Positions 27,530-32,000 of a stretch of DNA of 32,000 nucleotides are shown piece after piece. The first letter of the stretch is position 1. Each line of letters starts with the position of its first letter. Made by a program: the position numbers and the translations under genes. The stretch is from Paracoccus suum (GTDB taxonomy: Bacteria > Pseudomonadota > Alphaproteobacteria > Rhodobacterales > Rhodobacteraceae): positions 2,610,001-2,642,000 of the forward strand of contig NZ_CP030918.1 of NCBI RefSeq assembly GCF_003324675.1. Reading direction: 5' to 3'. The notes beneath the pieces were generated by a model that worked only from the letters and a program-made list of their open reading frames with translations, was not told where the DNA came from and made no database searches.

Positions 27530-28269
27530 TGCCTGGCGGGCGCGCGCTGGCTGACACGGCCGGCGCCGCCCCGGTCCGATGGCCGGTCAACCTGCTGCAT
27601 ATCGGCAAGACCGGCGGAACCCAGCTGGCGCAGCTGGGCCTGGAGGTGAACGAGCGGCTGGGCGCCCTGGCGTTCCTCGAGCATCGCCATCCCGTCCGGC
27701 TGCGCGATCTACCGCGGCGTGGCAGCTATGCCTTCAGCATCCGCCAACCCGAGGCCCGGTTCCGGTCGGGCTTTTACAGCCGCAAACGTTGCGGGCAGCC
27801 GCGATTCTACACGCCCTGGCACCCGGGCGAGGTGCGTGCCTTTGCCGCCTTCCCGGAGGCGAATGACCTGGCCGAGGCGCTGTTCGATCCCGGCATTCGC
27901 GGCGTCGAGGCGCGCGGAGCGATCAATTCGATCAACCACACCGCGGTCCAGCAGGTCGACTGGTTCACCCCCAGCGGCTATTTCCTGCAGCAACGCCCGC
28001 CGGTCGGCATCGTGCGAACCGAGCATTTCGATGACGACTGGGCCCGGCTCGCCGCAAACCTTGGTTTTGCCGAAATCGCGCCCCGGCCTTTCGACGATCC
28101 CGTGCTGGCACATCGCAACGACTATGCGGGCACGCCGCCGCTGAGCGCGCGTGCGGTGGAAAACCTGCGGCAATGGTATGCGCGCGACGTCGCCTTCTAC
28201 GCCGACTGCTGCGCCTGGATGGAGGCCGCGCCGCCCCCGCTCGTCTGGAAAGGCCCGCCCGCGGTCTAG
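27529..28269 (+). CDS. Sulfotransferase family protein (family-2-like)
   Basis: ORF 27496..28269 trimmed to ATG 27529, which overlaps the glyA stop (TGATG). LLHIGKTGGTQL resembles the PAPS 5'-phosphosulfate-binding loop (HIPKTGGT type). The remainder has no motif I can name. Confidence 0.6.
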   Translation: MPGGRALADTAGAAPVRWPVNLLHIGKTGGTQLAQLGLEVNERLGALAFLEHRHPVRLRDLPRRGSYAFSIRQPEARFRSGFYSRKRCGQPRFYTPWHPGEVRAFAAFPEANDLAEALFDPGIRGVEARGAINSINHTAVQQVDWFTPSGYFLQQRPPVGIVRTEHFDDDWARLAANLGFAEIAPRPFDDPVLAHRNDYAGTPPLSARAVENLRQWYARDVAFYADCCAWMEAAPPPLVWKGPPAV

Positions 28270-28649
28270 ATCGCGCCGCGCCGGACCATCATCCAGATGA
28301 CCGCCGCGGCGATCAGCATCAGCCCCAGCACGGCCGCTGCCAGCGGCCCGCCGATGCGGTCGCGCCAACGGCTGAGCGCGCCGAGCGGGCGCAGGTGCTG
28401 GGTCAGCGCCAGATGGGCCCGCTGCGCCGCGCGCAGGTCAAGCTGGCGCGCGATGCGCGGCTGATGGCTCAGGCGGTCCGCCTCGGCCAGCAGCACGGCC
28501 TCGCGCCGCAGCCGCCGCGGCAGCGCCCCGCCCCGGCGTTGCAGCATGGTCGCAAGGTCCGGCACCGGCCCACGCCGCGCGCCGCCAAAGCGACTCGCCA
28601 TCAGCGCGGCCACCTCGCCCGCCCATTGCTGCACCTGCTCTGCCTGCAT
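28266..28649 (-). CDS. Hypothetical protein with C-terminal transmembrane anchor
   Basis: ORF 28266..28694 trimmed to ATG 28649 (AAGAGG Shine-Dalgarno). Arg/Ala-rich helical N-part and a C-terminal hydrophobic helix LAAAVLGLMLIAAAVIWMMV. No recognisable family. Shares a CTAG with the convergent sulfotransferase stop. Confidence 0.45.
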   Translation of the reverse strand: MQAEQVQQWAGEVAALMASRFGGARRGPVPDLATMLQRRGGALPRRLRREAVLLAEADRLSHQPRIARQLDLRAAQRAHLALTQHLRPLGALSRWRDRIGGPLAAAVLGLMLIAAAVIWMMVRRGAI

Positions 28650-28723
28650 CCCGGCCTCTTTCTGTCCTCGCGGCGCAGCATAGCAGCGTGGCAACCCGGC
28701 ACCAGACCGGCTAGCGTGCCGGC

Positions 28724-29494
28724 ATGAAGCTGAACACCATCATCACGGGCGAGCCCGGCGCCCTGCCCCCGGTCATCCTCGCGCACGGCCTGCTGGGCAG
28801 CGCGCGCAACCTCGGCGGTCTCGCCCGGCGCCTTGCGGGCCGGCGCGTGATTCAGGTCGATATGCGCAACCACGGCGACAGTGGCTGGTCGGACGATCAC
28901 AGCTATGCCGCCCTCGCCGGCGACCTGGCCGAAGTGATCGCGGCCGAGGGCGGGATCGCCGACGTGGTCGGCCACTCGATGGGGGGCAAGGCGGCGATGG
29001 CCCTGGCGCTGCTGCACCCGCAGATGGTGCGCCGACTCGTCGTGCTGGACATCGCGCCCCTCGCCTACGCCCACAGCCAGACGCCGCTGATCGACGCGAT
29101 GGCTGCGACCGACCTGACCAGCATCACCCGCCGTAGCGAGGCCGATGCGCGCCTGGCCGAACGGGTCGAGGACGCAGGCACCCGCGCCTTTGTGCTGCAA
29201 TCGCTGGAACTGCGCCCGGGCGAGCCGGCGCGCTGGAAGATGAACCTCGCGGCGCTGCGGGCGGAAATGGCAGAACTGGTCGGCTGGCCGGAGGGGCTGG
29301 CGGAGGGCGCGTTCGACGGCCCGGTTCTAGCGATTGCCGGGGCCGAGAGCGATTACATCAGCCGCGAAGGCGAGGCCGCGCTGCGCCGCTATTTCCCGCA
29401 GATTGAGGTGCAACGTATCGCCGGCGCAGGGCACTGGGTTCATGCGGATGCTGCGCAGGCCGTGGGCGATGCGGTCGCGACGTTTATCGGCTAA
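28724..29494 (+). CDS. Alpha/beta hydrolase (YbfF-like esterase)
   Basis: 256 aa. HGLLGS oxyanion region, nucleophile elbow GHSMGG, C-terminal GAGHWVHAD. Confidence 0.85.
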   Translation: MKLNTIITGEPGALPPVILAHGLLGSARNLGGLARRLAGRRVIQVDMRNHGDSGWSDDHSYAALAGDLAEVIAAEGGIADVVGHSMGGKAAMALALLHPQMVRRLVVLDIAPLAYAHSQTPLIDAMAATDLTSITRRSEADARLAERVEDAGTRAFVLQSLELRPGEPARWKMNLAALRAEMAELVGWPEGLAEGAFDGPVLAIAGAESDYISREGEAALRRYFPQIEVQRIAGAGHWVHADAAQAVGDAVATFIG

Positions 29495-29534
29495 GCGCAG
29501 CCGGGATTTGACGGTTCTGCTCGCGCGGGCCACG

Positions 29535-29559
29535 GGGTCGCCTTCGGGCGGCCCTTTTT
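29535..29559 (+). terminator. Intrinsic terminator of the alpha/beta hydrolase gene
   Basis: GGGTCGCC-TTCG-GGCGGCCC (8-bp stem with one G-U pair, UUCG tetraloop) followed by TTTTT at 29555..29559. Confidence 0.7.
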
Positions 29560-29796
29560 CGTGCTCGTTTGGGGGTGATGAAAACACTTGCGGGCCGCCG
29601 AAACTTTGGCGGAGGCGTCCGTGTCTTGGGGGGTGCGTCCTTTCGGCGCATGACGACCTAGGCATTTTGCCAAGCCAGCGAGGGGGTCGGACGGCTAGGC
29701 GGAGGGCCAGCCCCCCGCCCCCGCCTGACCCGCGAGCCAGGTGAGAAAGGGTGTTTGGATCGCCGCAGCGTTGTTGCGGGTATTTGAGCAGGTCAG

Positions 29797-29829
29797 CGCC
29801 CCCCGGGAGTGATCCTGGGGGGCGTTTTT
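29797..29829 (+). terminator. Second plus-oriented intrinsic terminator at the left border of the AT-rich cassette
   Basis: CGCCCCCC(GGG)-AGTGAT-(CCT)GGGGGGCG stem (29797..29824) followed by TTTTT at 29825..29829. The T-run is on the plus strand only, yet no plus-strand gene ends here. Confidence 0.6.
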
Positions 29830-29848
29830 AGTATGGAGCAGCTGACGC

Positions 29849-30442
29849 CTAGCCGATCATTGTATACCAATCCCTGATAGTCAGTTTAAGTCGCACCGCT
29901 TCTTCAGGTACGATATAACCACTATGGGCTATCGGTCCCCGCGCAACATTAAGCCGTTTTATCACTTTTTCAAACCGAGGAATGCTGCAGTTTGAGAACA
30001 GTCCGCGGAAATCGTCCCAGTTGGCTTTGATGATCTCGCCCAGCTCCCCGAAGGTTGTATAATCAATCCTTCGAACCGAGCGAGCTTCCAGCCCCTCACT
30101 GTCCTCGTTTTCCTTGTTCTTCTTGACGTTATCACGAACGGCTTGAGGCACCTTATCACCCCACCAGTTAGGCCCATGAAGTTCCTCCATGGTATTCGCG
30201 ATTAACTCCCTGATATCATTCTCAAGAGAATAGAACATCCGGTAGAACTCGCCCATCCGATGGGCGTCAGATCTGATCCTCTTATCAATTTGATCCAAGT
30301 GCCGGTCAATGAGTGCGTCAGTATAAAGCTCGAGATCAGTCCGGCCGGTGGAAGCATTACTTGAAGGCAGAGCCAATCGTAAATCGCGGTACGTAAGCGC
30401 GCCTTTTAGGCAAAATAATTCTACCCTCTCTGAACTCATCAT
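29849..30442 (-). CDS. Swt1-like HEPN domain protein (predicted RNase)
   Basis: 197 aa. ...IRELIANTMEELHGPNWWGDKVPQAVRDNVKKNKENE...IDYTTFGELGEIIKANWDDF...FEKVIKRLNVARGPIAHSGYIVPEEAVRLKLTIRDW follows the Swt1-type HEPN pattern (WW...VP, NW..F, then R-x4-H near the C-terminus). R168/H173 are encoded at 29924..29941. Confidence 0.75.
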   Translation of the reverse strand: MMSSERVELFCLKGALTYRDLRLALPSSNASTGRTDLELYTDALIDRHLDQIDKRIRSDAHRMGEFYRMFYSLENDIRELIANTMEELHGPNWWGDKVPQAVRDNVKKNKENEDSEGLEARSVRRIDYTTFGELGEIIKANWDDFRGLFSNCSIPRFEKVIKRLNVARGPIAHSGYIVPEEAVRLKLTIRDWYTMIG

Positions 30443-31203
30443 TCTAAGAGATTTCTTTTGAGGCTTCGGAATATCGCGTCGAAGGTACGTTCATCCTGGC
30501 TCTCAGGAAGCACAATGTTGAATTGGTATGACAACCCGAACGTCGCCGCGGCGGGGCCTGGATCCGACTTCGGTGGAAGCGGCGGGACCTTTTCCACCTC
30601 GTCGTCCCTTCTGGCTTGATTCCCGTCCGAAATAAAGTTGGCCGGTATGTATGCTTTTATATTGTTAAAAGTGTTAATTATGTGTCGAAGTACCGGATCT
30701 TTTTTGGTCAAACCGGTGATTTCTACTACGATGTCTTGAAGCTGGACGTCGGTTGCCTTATGTGCGACTTCATTCTTCCTAAAAATCTCAGGAAATGCAT
30801 TTTTTAATCCACCTAGCGCTGCCGCAGCACGCCCGGTCTCGGTCTTAAATTTTGAGTAAAGGTCCGTTGGCGAGCCATCGCTGTTAAGAAAGCCCATCTT
30901 TTTGAGTATGGGCGGCACAGAGCGGGCGCCCCCTCCCGACAATCCGAATACTGTCTCCATGTAGACGTTGCTCAGGCGGTTGGGGCGTTCGGCGGCAATT
31001 ACCGCGTCGAGGACACCCTTAATCAGACCCGGAGAAGCGGTGTAAGGAAGATTCCCCTTAATCTCCCTAGCAGCCTGCTTCTCGGAAGCGACGGTCGTTT
31101 TCGCAGCCTCGCTCTCAGCTTCTTGGACCGCCCCTCCAGCGGTGCCCGGTTCGCCTTCTTGTTCCCCTTCCCCCTCTCCAGTACCCGTGACCGGCTCTTT
31201 CAT
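30439..31203 (-). CDS. DUF5343-like protein with acidic low-complexity N-terminus
   Basis: 254 aa. The core LPYTASPGLIKGVLDAVIAAERPNRLSNVYMETVFGLSGGGARSVPPILKKMGFLNSDGSPTDLYSKF and the C-terminal FNIVLPESQDERTFDAIFRSLKRNLL resemble what I remember of DUF5343 family proteins. The stop overlaps the HEPN gene start (ATGA at 30439..30442). Confidence 0.65.
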   Translation of the reverse strand: MKEPVTGTGEGEGEQEGEPGTAGGAVQEAESEAAKTTVASEKQAAREIKGNLPYTASPGLIKGVLDAVIAAERPNRLSNVYMETVFGLSGGGARSVPPILKKMGFLNSDGSPTDLYSKFKTETGRAAAALGGLKNAFPEIFRKNEVAHKATDVQLQDIVVEITGLTKKDPVLRHIINTFNNIKAYIPANFISDGNQARRDDEVEKVPPLPPKSDPGPAAATFGLSYQFNIVLPESQDERTFDAIFRSLKRNLLE

Positions 31204-31206
31204 CCC

Positions 31207-32000
31207 TCACCCATCCATCTTCAACGCCGAAATAAACGCCGACTGCGGAATCTCCACCTTCCCGAACTGGCGCATCTTCTTCTTACCCGCCTTCTGCTTT
31301 TCCAGGAGCTTTTTCTTTCTCGTGGCGTCCCCGCCGTAACACTTGGCCGTCACGTCCTTGCGCATCGCAGACAGGGTCTCGCGCGCGATTACCCGCCCGC
31401 CGATGGCCGCCTGGATCGGGATCTTGAACATGTGCCGGGGGATCAGGTCCTTCAGCTTTTCGACCATCGCCCGGCCGCGGGCGTCGGCGCGGTCGCGGTG
31501 GACCATGATCGACAGCGCGTCCACCGGCTCGTCATTCACCAGGATCGACATCTTCACGAGGTTGTCCTCGCGGTATTCGCTGATCTGGTAGTCGAACGAG
31601 GCATAACCCTTGGTCACCGATTTCAGCCGGTCGTAGAAATCGAACACGACCTCGGCCAGCGGCAGGTCATAGACCACCATCGCCCGGCTGCCGGCATAGG
31701 TCAGGTCCAGCTGGATGCCGCGGCGGTCCTGGCACAGCTTCAGCACGTCGCCCAGGTAGTCGTCGGGCACCATGATCGTGGCCTTGATCCGCGGCTCGTC
31801 GATATGGTCGATCTGCATCGGGTCGGGCATGTCGGCGGGGTTGTGCAACTCGCGCACCTCGCCATCCTTCATGTGCAGGCGGAACACCACCGACGGCGCG
31901 GTGGTGATCAGGTCGAGGTCATATTCCCGCTCGAGCCGGTCGCGGATCACCTCGAGGTGCAGCAGCCCCAGGAAGCCGCAGCGAAAGCCAAAGCCGAGGG
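31207..32000 (-). CDS. lepA: Translation elongation factor 4 (LepA), C-terminal part; gene continues beyond the right edge
   Basis: ...[28 protein letters not shown]..., the LepA-specific C-terminal domain, and the tail [36 protein letters not shown]. The 'M' at 31950 in the ORF track is an internal GTG (Val). The frame stays open to position 32000. Confidence 0.95.
   Translation of the reverse strand, partial: LGFGFRCGFLGLLHLEVIRDRLEREYDLDLITTAPSVVFRLHMKDGEVRELHNPADMPDPMQIDHIDEPRIKATIMVPDDYLGDVLKLCQDRRGIQLDLTYAGSRAMVVYDLPLAEVVFDFYDRLKSVTKGYASFDYQISEYREDNLVKMSILVNDEPVDALSIMVHRDRADARGRAMVEKLKDLIPRHMFKIPIQAAIGGRVIARETLSAMRKDVTAKCYGGDATRKKKLLEKQKAGKKKMRQFGKVEIPQSAFISALKMDG

Larger units (their letters stand above)
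29830..31206 (-). other. AT-richer two-gene insertion (candidate defence/toxin cassette) between the hydrolase-lepA convergent pair
   Basis: Hand counts of 60-nt lines between 29881 and 30900 give 21 to 30 G+C (35-50 percent). A lepA line (31441..31500) gives 43/60. The cassette holds two overlapping minus-strand genes, with no integrase, transposase or flanking repeats seen. Confidence 0.7.

Noticed and set aside
29578-29661. A 27-codon plus-strand ORF (MKTLAGRRNFGGGVRVLGGASFRRMTT) inside the tract between the two terminators.
   Set aside because: The G-run sits only 2-3 nt from the ATG, which is poor spacing. The peptide is Gly/Arg-rich like random GC-rich translation, and I cannot assess conservation. 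It is treated as non-coding.
29830-31206. Calling the AT-rich cassette a mobile element (integrative island, transposon, or integron cassette).
   Set aside because: There is no integrase, transposase or recombinase gene, no tRNA target, and no inverted or direct terminal repeats that I could find by eye at either border. Only the composition shift supports horizontal origin, so I label it an insertion of unknown mechanism.

Overview
High-GC (about two thirds G+C by eye), densely coding chromosomal segment. It looks alphaproteobacterial and Rhodobacterales-like, judged from composition and gene content: chpT, DUF3553, and DUF6477/DUF6456-type proteins. Most of it is housekeeping. From left to right: the TRAP permease genes dctQ and dctM (dctM runs off the left edge); a complete oppABCDF oligopeptide ABC importer; an ABC exporter; an IalB-like secreted protein with Ala/Pro/Thr/Asp repeats; a HerA-like DUF853 NTPase; a divergent pair comprising a small DUF6477-like protein and a helix-turn-helix/DUF6456-like regulator with GafA-like architecture; a peroxiredoxin; lipA; a lone polysaccharide pyruvyl transferase; divergent hemC/hemE; a P-loop protein coupled to metA; ppk2 coupled to a TPM-domain protein; an orphan PotD-like binding protein; chpT divergent from DUF3553; nadK; glyA coupled to a sulfotransferase; a small membrane protein; an alpha/beta hydrolase; and the 3' part of lepA (runs off the right edge). 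I recognised no rRNA, tRNA, CRISPR array, integrase or transposase. The stand-out is a clearly AT-richer two-gene cassette (29849-31203, minus strand) that begins 3 nt after the lepA stop codon. It encodes a DUF5343-like protein whose stop overlaps (ATGA) the start of a protein with a Swt1-like HEPN domain and an intact R-x4-H ribonuclease motif. I know of no named defence or toxin-antitoxin system with this pairing, so it is the best candidate for an undescribed system here. All domain calls come from reading the translations and from memory of the families. No searches were run.
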